A stretch of DNA of 56,985 nucleotides from a virus (Duplodnaviria > Caudoviricetes), in IMG/VR virus record IMGVR_UViG_3300024334_000003, positions 1-56,985 of that record; one strand, given 5' to 3'. This document shows, piece by piece, positions 10,700-18,668 of the stretch (the stretch's first letter is position 1; each line of letters opens with the position of its first letter). The notes below the pieces were generated by a model. It was not told where the DNA came from. It was given only the letters and a program-made list of their open reading frames with translations, and searched no databases. The position numbers and the translations under genes were made by a program.

Positions 10700-10827
10700 G
10701 CGAAGAAGAATTTGATATCAGCTTTCTTGACCCGAAGAAACTTAAGGAGTCAGAAGACAAGATTGAATCGGGGGAAATCACCTGTAACATTGAAAGTCCA
10801 GAGGATTGCGAGTCATGTAGTGGCTAA
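10696..10827 (+). CDS. 43-aa acidic peptide ending C-x7-C-x2-C-SG, resembling the RNR alpha-subunit tail; not in the ORF track
   Basis: ATG overlaps the holin stop (ATGA); MSEEEFDISFLDPKKLKESEDKIESGEITCNIESPEDCESCSG; stop lies just before the terminator. Confidence 0.75.
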   Translation: MSEEEFDISFLDPKKLKESEDKIESGEITCNIESPEDCESCSG

Positions 10828-10858
10828 CAAAAACCCCCACTCCGAAGAGCAGGGGTCT
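10826..10858 (-). terminator. Intrinsic terminator where the two arms converge
   Basis: Minus strand ACCCCUGCUC-UUCG-GAGUGGGGGU followed by a U run; C(UUCG)G tetraloop. Confidence 0.85.
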
Positions 10859-10916
10859 GAAAGGTAACCAAAATTCGCTATGCACTATCCGGCGTAACGC
10901 AATGCAATATACATCT

Positions 10917-11402
10917 TTATGGCATTCGCCAGAGCTCTGACACCTTGCATTTGTAAGCGTCAACGTGCTCAACAAAGCGTCCATCTCTATCCCCCTTGCG
11001 TACGCGCTTCGCTTTACTAAGAAAATCTTTCTTGGTTATCCAGCCTAGTGCCCACACCCTGAAGCTATTGTCTGTCTTGACGATAGATGTAAAGATGTAT
11101 GTATCACAGTCCTGATGCAGACTAGTGTCTGCAATATGGCAATCGAAGTAAGGTGATGGTAGTTTGGTTCTGCGCTTGGTCTTGATGTCGGCTGTAAGGA
11201 CGTTGCCTTTGGGTGCCCATAATAAATCGTAGTCGTAAGTGTCTTCAAGGCTCTGTTTCAGGTGCTCTGAAACCGATTGCTCTGCAATGAATGCCTCTAG
11301 ATTTGCTTCACCCTCTGTGATACTGTTGTTCAATGCGCCCATTTCTTCTGCGCGTTCTTCCGCTCTGGTAATCATGCTAGATGTTACCGAGAGCTCAACC
11401 AT
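10917..11402 (-). CDS. Putative PD-(D/E)xK nuclease; probable start 11402
   Basis: AEQ..YDYDL..DIKTKR pattern; start overlaps the upstream stop. Confidence 0.55.
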   Translation of the reverse strand: MVELSVTSSMITRAEERAEEMGALNNSITEGEANLEAFIAEQSVSEHLKQSLEDTYDYDLLWAPKGNVLTADIKTKRRTKLPSPYFDCHIADTSLHQDCDTYIFTSIVKTDNSFRVWALGWITKKDFLSKAKRVRKGDRDGRFVEHVDAYKCKVSELWRMP

Positions 11403-11688
11403 ACGAGATGAATACAGGAGTCTTGTCTCCAACGTACGAGCCAACGACATTAAACTCCATAAACTCAACAGCATCCTCAATAGTCATACCGTCTCTATGG
11501 ATTAGGATTGCAACACAGGTGTCGTAATCGTACACAGCTACGACGTTTGCCCCTTGCGTGTGACCAATCAAAGCTTCTTCGAAGCCATCAGCCAATAGTG
11601 CATCGTTCTCTGCTAACACCTCGATAAGGTAGTCTCTTTTAAACTTATTGAGACCAGCGATAAACTCTTTAGTGGGTCGTGTGTTCAT
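11395..11688 (-). CDS. Conserved phage hypothetical protein
   Basis: ADGFEEALIG..VAVYD..EDAVEFMEFNV.GSYVG..TPVF; overlaps neighbours in operon style. Confidence 0.8.
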   Translation of the reverse strand: MNTRPTKEFIAGLNKFKRDYLIEVLAENDALLADGFEEALIGHTQGANVVAVYDYDTCVAILIHRDGMTIEDAVEFMEFNVVGSYVGDKTPVFISYG

Positions 11689-11921
11689 TTCAAATCCATT
11701 ACTCGTAAGAACATCTCCCCGCTCTGCTCATCAAACGTCTTGATTGCTTTGTAAATCTTTCGAGACTCTCTTTTCACAGCTTCCCGCTCACCCTTCGTTG
11801 AATCCGTTCCTAGGCCGCAGTGCAAAGCACAGTCCATCCTAAGGAGTTCGTCCATCTTTTGTTTGTTTGTCCAAGTCGTGAAGCCTAGAATCTTATCAAG
11901 GTCGTTAATAGTGTAATCCAT
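11685..11921 (-). CDS. Hypothetical protein
   Basis: 78-aa ORF coupled to neighbours. Confidence 0.75.
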   Translation of the reverse strand: MDYTINDLDKILGFTTWTNKQKMDELLRMDCALHCGLGTDSTKGEREAVKRESRKIYKAIKTFDEQSGEMFLRVMDLK

Positions 11922-12441
11922 TTAGGTAACTGTTAAGGGCGCGTTGTACATTCGTCTCTTCTCCAATCGGACACTTTTGATGCAGCAATTCCTGTATCCC
12001 ATCAAAGCCACCCTTCCACACGTACTTCTCTTTCACTTCGCGTAGGTATTCCTTCGCTTCGGTGACATCATTCTCTAGTGACTTGATTGTTTTTCTAAGG
12101 TTGAACACCTCGTCCTTGAGTTCTTTGTTGCTCATGTCAAACACTGGGTCGAAGCTACCGAAGTACACTGCCTTTGCGCTTTCGTAAGAACCCTTTAGCC
12201 TTTTATCATTTAGAATGTATCCGTCAAATCGTTTCTTGTAATGAACGATAGTGCAGTGAGTCTTACCTAAGTACTCAGCAATAGCCACCGTAGTGTAGCC
12301 TTTGTCCAGTAAAATCTTGGAGAAAATCATACGGGCATTTACGTTCTCTCTGTTTCGGCATGTTGTAATCAGCTCAACATGAAGAATACTTTCAATGGCT
12401 TCATGAAGAACGCCAAACTCCTTGTTAATAATCTTTTTCAT
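11905..12441 (-). CDS. DnaA C-terminal-like HTH protein with coiled coil
   Basis: R.RENVNARMIF..GYTTVAIAEYLGKTHCTIVHY. Confidence 0.7.
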   Translation of the reverse strand: MKKIINKEFGVLHEAIESILHVELITTCRNRENVNARMIFSKILLDKGYTTVAIAEYLGKTHCTIVHYKKRFDGYILNDKRLKGSYESAKAVYFGSFDPVFDMSNKELKDEVFNLRKTIKSLENDVTEAKEYLREVKEKYVWKGGFDGIQELLHQKCPIGEETNVQRALNSYLNGLHY

Positions 12442-13022
12442 TGTGTTAAAATCGGAAGAGAAAGATAGTCAGAGATGTCATAAACAGCCAACCATCCGCT
12501 GTCTTTTTTCGATTCATTAACAATGTCCCAAGGGAGAATCCAACCACGAGCATTTACCGGCATGCCCTTACCCACGTCTCTTTTTGTGTCGCGTGTATTC
12601 AAGTTGCTTGATTCACAGAATCTTAGTAGGGCTTCGCGATTGAAGAGATGTGCGTGAGCCTTGTAGTCACCGAAACTATTCTCATCAACTACAGAATTAG
12701 GTGCGTACTTAACCACATAGACCCAGAACTTTGAAATCGACGCTCGAATCCCACTGTCTTTATCCGCACTTGGGTTTACATACTCAATAAACAAGTTGCC
12801 AGTGGGGTCTCTACGGGTTCCGTATGAAGACCAAGCTGCCGAAGATTTGGTATCCCACTTGACCTCGAAGTAAACCTTATCGTTTAACTCAACGATATCC
12901 CAGCCGGGCTCCTTGCCCTTTGACTGCTCGTATGTCTTTAGGGTTTTGTCCCCCATGAAGTTCATCCAAGCAAGCTCTATCCTGTTGCCGAACTCAAGGT
13001 CTTTACGAAAGCTGCTCGCCAT
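12438..13022 (-). CDS. PD-(D/E)xK-family nuclease
   Basis: FRKDLEFG..E..WDI..FEVKWD..TGNLFIEY..SGI. Confidence 0.65.
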   Translation of the reverse strand: MASSFRKDLEFGNRIELAWMNFMGDKTLKTYEQSKGKEPGWDIVELNDKVYFEVKWDTKSSAAWSSYGTRRDPTGNLFIEYVNPSADKDSGIRASISKFWVYVVKYAPNSVVDENSFGDYKAHAHLFNREALLRFCESSNLNTRDTKRDVGKGMPVNARGWILPWDIVNESKKDSGWLAVYDISDYLSLPILTQ

Positions 13023-13236
13023 CTGATTCTTCTATGTATTCTTTGAGGGCAGACTTCATCGCTTCAAGTTCCAAGATTACCAGCTTCTTGTACTTTCTTA
13101 CGTTGTCTAGCGTTTGTTCCCAACTCGTAGTTGGTGCACCCTTGTTATCATGAAGCTGCTCGTACAGCTCCGTAGTCAACCTCTGTATCTCCTGAGTACA
13201 GTAGCTGTAGAGCTGACTAAGTTTTTGCTTCTCCAT
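13003..13236 (-). CDS. Hypothetical protein
   Basis: 77-aa helical ORF in operon. Confidence 0.7.
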   Translation of the reverse strand: MEKQKLSQLYSYCTQEIQRLTTELYEQLHDNKGAPTTSWEQTLDNVRKYKKLVILELEAMKSALKEYIEESDGEQLS

Positions 13237-13699
13237 TGATGTGGTTTAGTATGATTGTTATCGCGGCATCTATTTGTTTTTTGTTTTTAGGGATGAAAAG
13301 CATGTAGTCATCCATGTCATTGTCTGACATGTACTTTAAAAACAGCTTCCACCTTAAAGGAAAAGTGTGTTGTGACGGAACCCAACCCTTCGTCTCAATA
13401 ATGAAACGATTCTCATGGCTAACAAAGTCTGGAGTGTACTTAATCGAAAGCACCACCTTGTTTGTCGCATCAGTCATAACATCCTTACCCCGTGTAGACT
13501 TATGATAAACTCCGGGATACCTAAACGAGTCCATCAACTGAAATGTCTCGCTCTCGTATCCGAAATCAATCTTTGATTCTTTCAGCCTATCGTAACAATA
13601 GGTCTCAAGAGTTGACTTCAGTTTTACTGAACCCCTATTGAGGTCTTTGCGCTTCCTCCCCTTTGTTGGTCTTGTTAAGTTCTTCCGGCGTTTAGCCAT
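13217..13699 (-). CDS. T7 endonuclease I-like Holliday junction resolvase
   Basis: KSTLE..L..IDFGYE..YTPDF..IIETKG. Confidence 0.75.
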   Translation of the reverse strand: MAKRRKNLTRPTKGRKRKDLNRGSVKLKSTLETYCYDRLKESKIDFGYESETFQLMDSFRYPGVYHKSTRGKDVMTDATNKVVLSIKYTPDFVSHENRFIIETKGWVPSQHTFPLRWKLFLKYMSDNDMDDYMLFIPKNKKQIDAAITIILNHINGEAKT

Positions 13700-13715
13700 G
13701 CCCTAAAAGGTACGG

Positions 13716-15512
13716 TCAGAAGTGCTCTTGTTTGCCAACAAGTTGTTCACCAAGGGATGTGAATAGCTTTTGGTTAGGTGCGTGCATGGAGAATCCGCTC
13801 TGTGTTGAGTTCAATTCAAAAATCATTGGCTGCGCGTAGGGAGTAGGCTTGCCACCAGTGTCCACCTCTCGAACCTTTCGAACGTGCATCTCAATACACC
13901 TGCGCTGGAGAACATCGGGGTGCTGAATCTTTCTGTGTAACGTGATGAAGCAGTCACTACGATTCACCCACTTTCCGCCATGCTCAGTATCCTCTGCGTA
14001 AGGAGCGACTTGCAAACCGTCATCGCCTTTCCTGCGCTGGCTCTCAGTAATGCTGTGAGCGTTTACCCATACAGCTACATCCATGTTGTTGCTGAATGTC
14101 AGAAACTCTGACGCTGCCTCATAGTGATACTCGTGAGGGCCGACCCCACGGTTAGCACTCATCTCAATCTTAAGGCTGTTGTATGGGTCAACAAACAACC
14201 CGTCAATCGGATTCTGTCTGTGCACCTTTTCACAAAACAAGATGATGTCCATGTAACTGTAGGTCTTGCTGTTGTCAATAACAACGAAGTGCTTCTCAAC
14301 CCAGTCCCTAGCCTTCTTACGTTCGATGTGTGTGGTGCTACCAATTTTCTTATTGAGCGCAAACTGAACCAGCTTCATCTTCACAGCAGCAGAACGATTC
14401 TCTGAGCTGTAGATTACCCACCTCCAGTTGTGATGCATTGAACTTGCCACCATCATCCACAAAGCAAAGGTTGTCTTTCCTATGTTGCTGTGTCCATTAA
14501 TCATGACAAACTCCTTCTTGAATACGAAGCTCTCATCCATGAACTGATTGCCTGTGCTAAGACCCAAGGGTATCTTACCGTCCACATACTGCTCAATCCA
14601 ATCGTAGTCGATGTCGTCACTGCTGATAAAGGACATGTCCCCATCGTTCAGCTTCATGTCCCTCTTAATCTTCTCCTCGCTGTTAATGACCTCGCTAATC
14701 GGTAGCTTCTTTCCGTTCGCTATACCGTCGCTGATGGTTAACAAAGCCCCTTCCAAATTGTCAATGTCCCGCTTCTGAATCTCTCTTTCGAGTATCCAAC
14801 GAGCAACATCTTCTTCAACAATACCACTGGCAATGTACCCACCCATCAAACTAGAGGCTTTGACAAGAACGTTGTGCTTCTCTCCTTCCTCCGCCTTGCG
14901 TATCATAGCTGCTGCTATGTTTATCTTATTGAAGTCAGTCCTCCCAGACAAGTCTTTAACAACCTGATTCTGAGAATGCTCCGACATCATGCCACCATAC
15001 CTCTCGTACTCAGCCTTGACAACGATGTCTGGGTCGTATGACTCAAAGCACGCTCGGCTTTCATTCTCTCCGGTGCTGTCTAACTCAAGGCCGTACTGCT
15101 CATCGAAGTATTTAATCAGTGAGCGGTAGTGGTCACGATGTCTCTCCGTGTTTGTTATCTCTACTAGACCCTTAACTCCCTCACCACTGGGTGATGCCCA
15201 GCACGACATGATGTACTTGTCTCCAGCTAAGGCAGACTTAGTTCTTGTTACGTCAACATGGTCAAAGTCTAGGACTACCAAGCCACTGTGAAACTTTAAG
15301 CTGTCATCGCTTCGCTTGTTCTTCTCAAAGACTCCGCTAAAACATACCGCAGGTAGTTCTTGCTTAATAGACTTATCACCTTCCCTTATTAGCTCAACCT
15401 TTGGTTGGCTCTTGCCTTCCTTAATCCTCGTTAGAACTGTATCTAACGATGTTATTACTGCCTCCTGTGTGCGATAGATTGTCGGATAGATGGTTACCTT
15501 TTGATTGTTCAT
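13716..15512 (-). CDS. Primase-helicase (BT4734/VirE N-terminal domain plus DnaB-like helicase)
   Basis: KQELPAVCFSG..SGLVVLDFDH..SPSGEGVK..RACFESYDP; Walker A GHSNIGKT; FVDPYN. Confidence 0.85.
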   Translation of the reverse strand: MNNQKVTIYPTIYRTQEAVITSLDTVLTRIKEGKSQPKVELIREGDKSIKQELPAVCFSGVFEKNKRSDDSLKFHSGLVVLDFDHVDVTRTKSALAGDKYIMSCWASPSGEGVKGLVEITNTERHRDHYRSLIKYFDEQYGLELDSTGENESRACFESYDPDIVVKAEYERYGGMMSEHSQNQVVKDLSGRTDFNKINIAAAMIRKAEEGEKHNVLVKASSLMGGYIASGIVEEDVARWILEREIQKRDIDNLEGALLTISDGIANGKKLPISEVINSEEKIKRDMKLNDGDMSFISSDDIDYDWIEQYVDGKIPLGLSTGNQFMDESFVFKKEFVMINGHSNIGKTTFALWMMVASSMHHNWRWVIYSSENRSAAVKMKLVQFALNKKIGSTTHIERKKARDWVEKHFVVIDNSKTYSYMDIILFCEKVHRQNPIDGLFVDPYNSLKIEMSANRGVGPHEYHYEAASEFLTFSNNMDVAVWVNAHSITESQRRKGDDGLQVAPYAEDTEHGGKWVNRSDCFITLHRKIQHPDVLQRRCIEMHVRKVREVDTGGKPTPYAQPMIFELNSTQSGFSMHAPNQKLFTSLGEQLVGKQEHF

Positions 15513-15795
15513 CGCGCAGCTGTTGTATCTGGTTCTCGTACCACTTCGCTTTCTCCATGTCCTGTTCCGTGCTGTTCCCCGGCTTGTTCCCTGCCCGCAT
15601 GCGGTACTTGAAGGCGTTCATCTCGCAGAACGCGATGTATGAGTCTTTGCCCCAGATATCTATCATCATCTGCCACACTTGCTTGCCCCCCTTCTTGTAG
15701 TGTTCTGGGTTTATAGCGTCTAAGTCTGATTTGGATTCGGTCTTTGAAGGCTTCGAGAGTTTCGATGATGCCTTTGATTGTATCAATTTGCTCAT
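15421..15795 (-). CDS. DUF3310 (SaV-like) protein
   Basis: DAINPEHY..AFCEMNAFKYRMRAG.K..QDMEKAKWY. Confidence 0.75.
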   Translation of the reverse strand: MSKLIQSKASSKLSKPSKTESKSDLDAINPEHYKKGGKQVWQMMIDIWGKDSYIAFCEMNAFKYRMRAGNKPGNSTEQDMEKAKWYENQIQQLRDEQSKGNHLSDNLSHTGGSNNIVRYSSNED

Positions 15796-16120
15796 GAGGA
15801 GAAAGAAAGTTTTGAGCCTCTAAATTTAAGTCCTCCTTCTTAAAGGAGTCTAGCTTTTCCAGCACGATTCGAGAGGCTGTTTCGAAGTACGTTCTGTATT
15901 CAGGGCTTGAGACAAAATACATCTCATGACTCTGCTTGTAATGATAGATAGTTGTCCTGTCTTTATTGAACAGGTTTGAACACACGCTGTGGTGAAAGAA
16001 GGCTGATGTAGCATTGGCAAAAGCTGCCCTTATCTCTACCTGCTGTCGTGTTCTTGAGTTGTTTGGTTCTGCACCGATAGCCTCGATGTAGGCTTGGTAT
16101 GTTTGTCTGAAGATGTCCAT
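15509..16120 (-). CDS. Second DnaA-C-like HTH protein; start ATG 16120
   Basis: SRTRQQVEIRAAF..LFNKDRTTIYHY; the upstream in-frame extension lies inside the tRNA. Confidence 0.6.
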   Translation of the reverse strand: MDIFRQTYQAYIEAIGAEPNNSRTRQQVEIRAAFANATSAFFHHSVCSNLFNKDRTTIYHYKQSHEMYFVSSPEYRTYFETASRIVLEKLDSFKKEDLNLEAQNFLSPHEQIDTIKGIIETLEAFKDRIQIRLRRYKPRTLQEGGQASVADDDRYLGQRLIHRVLRDERLQVPHAGREQAGEQHGTGHGESEVVREPDTTAAR

Positions 16121-16135
16121 TGAAATAAAATTTTG

Positions 16136-16209
16136 TACTCCCGGCAGGACTCGAACCTGCAACATTCACCTTAGAAGGGTGATGCTCTATCCAGTTGAGC
16201 TACGAGAGC
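16136..16209 (-). tRNA. tRNA-Arg(UCU), CCA not encoded
   Basis: GCTCTCG-TAGCTCAACTGGATAGAGC-A-TCACC-CTTCTAA-GGTGA-ATGTT-GCAGG-TTCGAGT-CCTGC-CGGGAGT-A cloverleaf. Confidence 0.95.
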
Positions 16210-16212
16210 ATA

Positions 16213-16278
16213 GCGAGGGGAGCCAGAACAATTCACGAAACTGACTCCCCCCTTGCGGTCACGATGGTCTTGACCACT
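16213..16278 (-). ncRNA. Two-hairpin RNA in the tRNA 5' leader; candidate antisense sRNA
   Basis: GUGGUCA/UGACCGC stem and a 12-bp GGGGGGAGUCAG/CUGGCUCCCCUC stem; G-U pairs work only on the minus strand; loop UUUCGUGAAUUGUU. Confidence 0.5.
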
Positions 16279-16280
16279 AA

Positions 16281-16541
16281 TTAGAATGGCACTTCAGAAG
16301 TGCTTTGCTTATCTACCTTGCGTTGCTGTTCACCTTGACTATTAGGGTCATACACAGAGCAGAAGGCTTTCATCTTTCGATTGTCTTCTCGGTCTGGTAC
16401 AGAGACTACATCAATGTAAACTCTACCCTTTGCAGTTGCGTACTGCTTCAAGTTGTCCAACTCCTCCAGCGTAAATGATACTCGCTGGTTTACTCGTGGG
16501 GATTCAGTGTATCCCACATACACGTTGCTGTTATCAGCCAT
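16281..16541 (-). CDS. Small SSB-like protein
   Basis: 86 aa ending EVPF, downstream of the recombination genes. Confidence 0.5.
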   Translation of the reverse strand: MADNSNVYVGYTESPRVNQRVSFTLEELDNLKQYATAKGRVYIDVVSVPDREDNRKMKAFCSVYDPNSQGEQQRKVDKQSTSEVPF

Positions 16542-16551
16542 GTCTAAAAAA

Positions 16552-16821
16552 TTAAAAGGTTAATGTAAACTGCTTGTACCGGTTGCGGGATTGTACAACT
16601 CCCATAAGTCCTTCAGCGTACAGCCACATTAGGCGTAGCTTAGTTCTGTCCTGCTCGTCCATGGCATCAGCCAGTTCCTTGTAGGGCATCTTCAATTCAG
16701 TGATGGCATAGTATGCTGTAAAGCATCGGTCGGTGAAACCGTCCTTGCCAAAGTCCTTACACTTGGTAACGTCGATACCAAAGTGCAGGTTTGCTCGGTT
16801 GATTAACTCTTGTGCCTTCAT
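16552..16821 (-). CDS. Hypothetical protein
   Basis: 89-aa ORF, TAATG-coupled to the upstream gene. Confidence 0.7.
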   Translation of the reverse strand: MKAQELINRANLHFGIDVTKCKDFGKDGFTDRCFTAYYAITELKMPYKELADAMDEQDRTKLRLMWLYAEGLMGVVQSRNRYKQFTLTF

Positions 16822-17585
16822 TAGATTAATCCTTTGATGTAGAACGTCTCTGTCTCAAGGTTGTTGTCCAAGTATCGAGTAATTCTTTCTACTGCTTTGT
16901 CAAACTTCACCTTGCCATTCTCAATGGTTTCGTCACTGGCTTGGTACACACCGATGACGTAGGGATACGCCTTCTCTTGCGCCACCCAGTAGAACTTATC
17001 CAGACCAAGCACACTACAGTAGATGTAGGCTTGGATGTCGTACCCGTAGTCCCGTACTGCGTAACGGAATGCCGATAGGCTACGAGTAGTCTTGTGGTCG
17101 CTGATGTAGTCCTTGTTCAAGCAGTCCAAGAATCCACGTACAGGAACGCCTGAGATTTCTTTATTGAACTCGTGTTGGTAATCACCGATGAGGTACTCCT
17201 CCATGACACCAGTCACCTTCAATCTCTCAATCATTTCTTGAGCCTTCTTGAAATCGTCCTGACCAATCAGCTTGACTTTCTTCTCTTCGGCCTCCTCTTG
17301 GAAGTCCTTAACCCAAGCCTTGTACTTGTTAGTCATGCGTGGTGCACGACCACCAATCTCTTCACACTTTGCGCTGTCATTAAGCACTAAGAATTGTTTA
17401 TCGAAATCCTCTGGTGTAAACAGAAGGCAGTCGTACATACTTCCAAACGTTAGGGCTTCGCTCTCCTTGAAGAGCTGTCCCCTCATGTACATCTCCCACA
17501 AGCGCATGTCTTGCAGTGCGTACTTCACTGAGCTGTATGATAAGTGACCCTTACCTACGGCTTCTGCTAATTGAACTGACAGCAT
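16821..17585 (-). CDS. RecE/exonuclease VIII-like PD-(D/E)xK exonuclease (DUF3799-like)
   Basis: LSYSSVK..ALTFGS..RGFLDC..DHKTT..YGYDIQAYIY..VAQEK..PY. Confidence 0.8.
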   Translation of the reverse strand: MLSVQLAEAVGKGHLSYSSVKYALQDMRLWEMYMRGQLFKESEALTFGSMYDCLLFTPEDFDKQFLVLNDSAKCEEIGGRAPRMTNKYKAWVKDFQEEAEEKKVKLIGQDDFKKAQEMIERLKVTGVMEEYLIGDYQHEFNKEISGVPVRGFLDCLNKDYISDHKTTRSLSAFRYAVRDYGYDIQAYIYCSVLGLDKFYWVAQEKAYPYVIGVYQASDETIENGKVKFDKAVERITRYLDNNLETETFYIKGLI

Positions 17586-18103
17586 TAGGCTTCGGAGTAT
17601 TCCACTAGTTTGCTGTACTGAGCCTTACTGAACTTGGTCTTGGATTGCTTTTCAATCTTACCCCAAGCGTCCTTCCGGTCTTTAGCGTTCTTGAGGTAGG
17701 TCACCGCCTTTTGGTAGTCCTGCTCAACATCTTCCGGCTTGTCCTGTTTTGCGATAGCCTCTTTGACCTCATTAGCCGAGGCAATGCTGGCATCTATTCC
17801 AATGCCCATCACCGCAAGTGCACGACCAATGGCTGAGGTCTCACAGTTCTCAACAAAGGATGTCTTGTTGATGTTGCTTGAGGATTTCTCTTCGTGAGCA
17901 GTTCCTGTGGCAATGACACGTTGTTCAGTGTCTGCTACGATGGTCTTACATAAAACCTCCGTCCCATCATCAGACAAGGAGCAGTCGGTTGAGATTGTCC
18001 AGTTCTTGTACTGGTCTTCCTGTCGGAAGAATTTGATACGCTCGTTTACTTCGACGTATTGTTTGCCACGGATGTTCGTGGTCTTGAATTTGTGTTGTGA
18101 CAT
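17585..18103 (-). CDS. Rad52/Sak-like single-strand annealing protein
   Basis: KQYVEVNERI..ATGTAHE..VENCETSAIGRALA..GIG; paired with the exonuclease. Confidence 0.7.
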   Translation of the reverse strand: MSQHKFKTTNIRGKQYVEVNERIKFFRQEDQYKNWTISTDCSLSDDGTEVLCKTIVADTEQRVIATGTAHEEKSSSNINKTSFVENCETSAIGRALAVMGIGIDASIASANEVKEAIAKQDKPEDVEQDYQKAVTYLKNAKDRKDAWGKIEKQSKTKFSKAQYSKLVEYSEA

Positions 18104-18122
18104 ATTCTATTTAATAAAGGAT

Positions 18123-18405
18123 TCAACTTCTTTCATTATCCATCCTTGTAGTATCACTACTGGGTGTAGTAGGATTGACAGGAGGAGTAGGGGTGATGCT
18201 ATTAGCATCTTGATTGCTCTCATCATAGGCTTTAACTAAATCTTCGTATTCATCAAGTAGTACACTCTGTTGTCGTATCAAGTTGTTGTAAGCTTCCCTC
18301 TCGACGTGAACCGCTTTTGCAAAGTTCGATGTTTTCCGTGACATTTTCAACAGATTACCGCACATTTTTTTCCACATGTTGATTGCTTCATTCATGAGTC
18401 CCATT
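18123..18405 (-). CDS. Hypothetical protein (start uncertain)
   Basis: 3' part of the 18123..18512 ORF; coiled coil plus Pro/Thr-rich tail. Confidence 0.45.
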
Positions 18406-18610
18406 CTTTTAAAGGGTCTCGCAACCCAAGGTTTTCTGCTTCGTCTGCGGCCAGCATGCATGCCTGCACCATCTGACTCTGGTCTATCCTGCCTTGGTCG
18501 TACCTGCGGCAAGCATCAAGGAACATCCGGCACACTGTCTTACTATCGTGAAGGTCGAAGTGCATTGTCAACATCTCCACACGGCTCATATCTTCTGTTG
18601 TCTTACTCAT
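18392..18610 (-). CDS. Early hypothetical protein
   Basis: MSK start directly downstream of a promoter copy. Confidence 0.75.
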   Translation of the reverse strand: MSKTTEDMSRVEMLTMHFDLHDSKTVCRMFLDACRRYDQGRIDQSQMVQACMLAADEAENLGLRDPLKEWDS

Positions 18611-18626
18611 TGTAAAAGGGGTTATG

Positions 18627-18668
18627 GTTTATACATCTACAACGTTTCGCGTTGCTCTTTTATTGTGT
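18627..18668 (-). promoter_or_regulatory. ECF-like early promoter copy
   Basis: Minus CACAAT-N17-CGTT (plus AACG 18641, ATTGTG 18662). Confidence 0.7.

Noticed and set aside
15963-16169. ORF starts inside 16121-16169
   Set aside because: They overlap the tRNA; the HTH gene more plausibly starts at ATG 16120
16170-16176. Amber suppressor tRNA or stop-codon reassignment (loop contains CUA)
   Set aside because: The 7-nt loop CU-UCU-AA centres on UCU, and genes tile densely under the standard code
16136-16209. tRNA as attP site or temperate lifestyle
   Set aside because: No integrase, recombinase-repressor module or partition genes recognised in the closed genome
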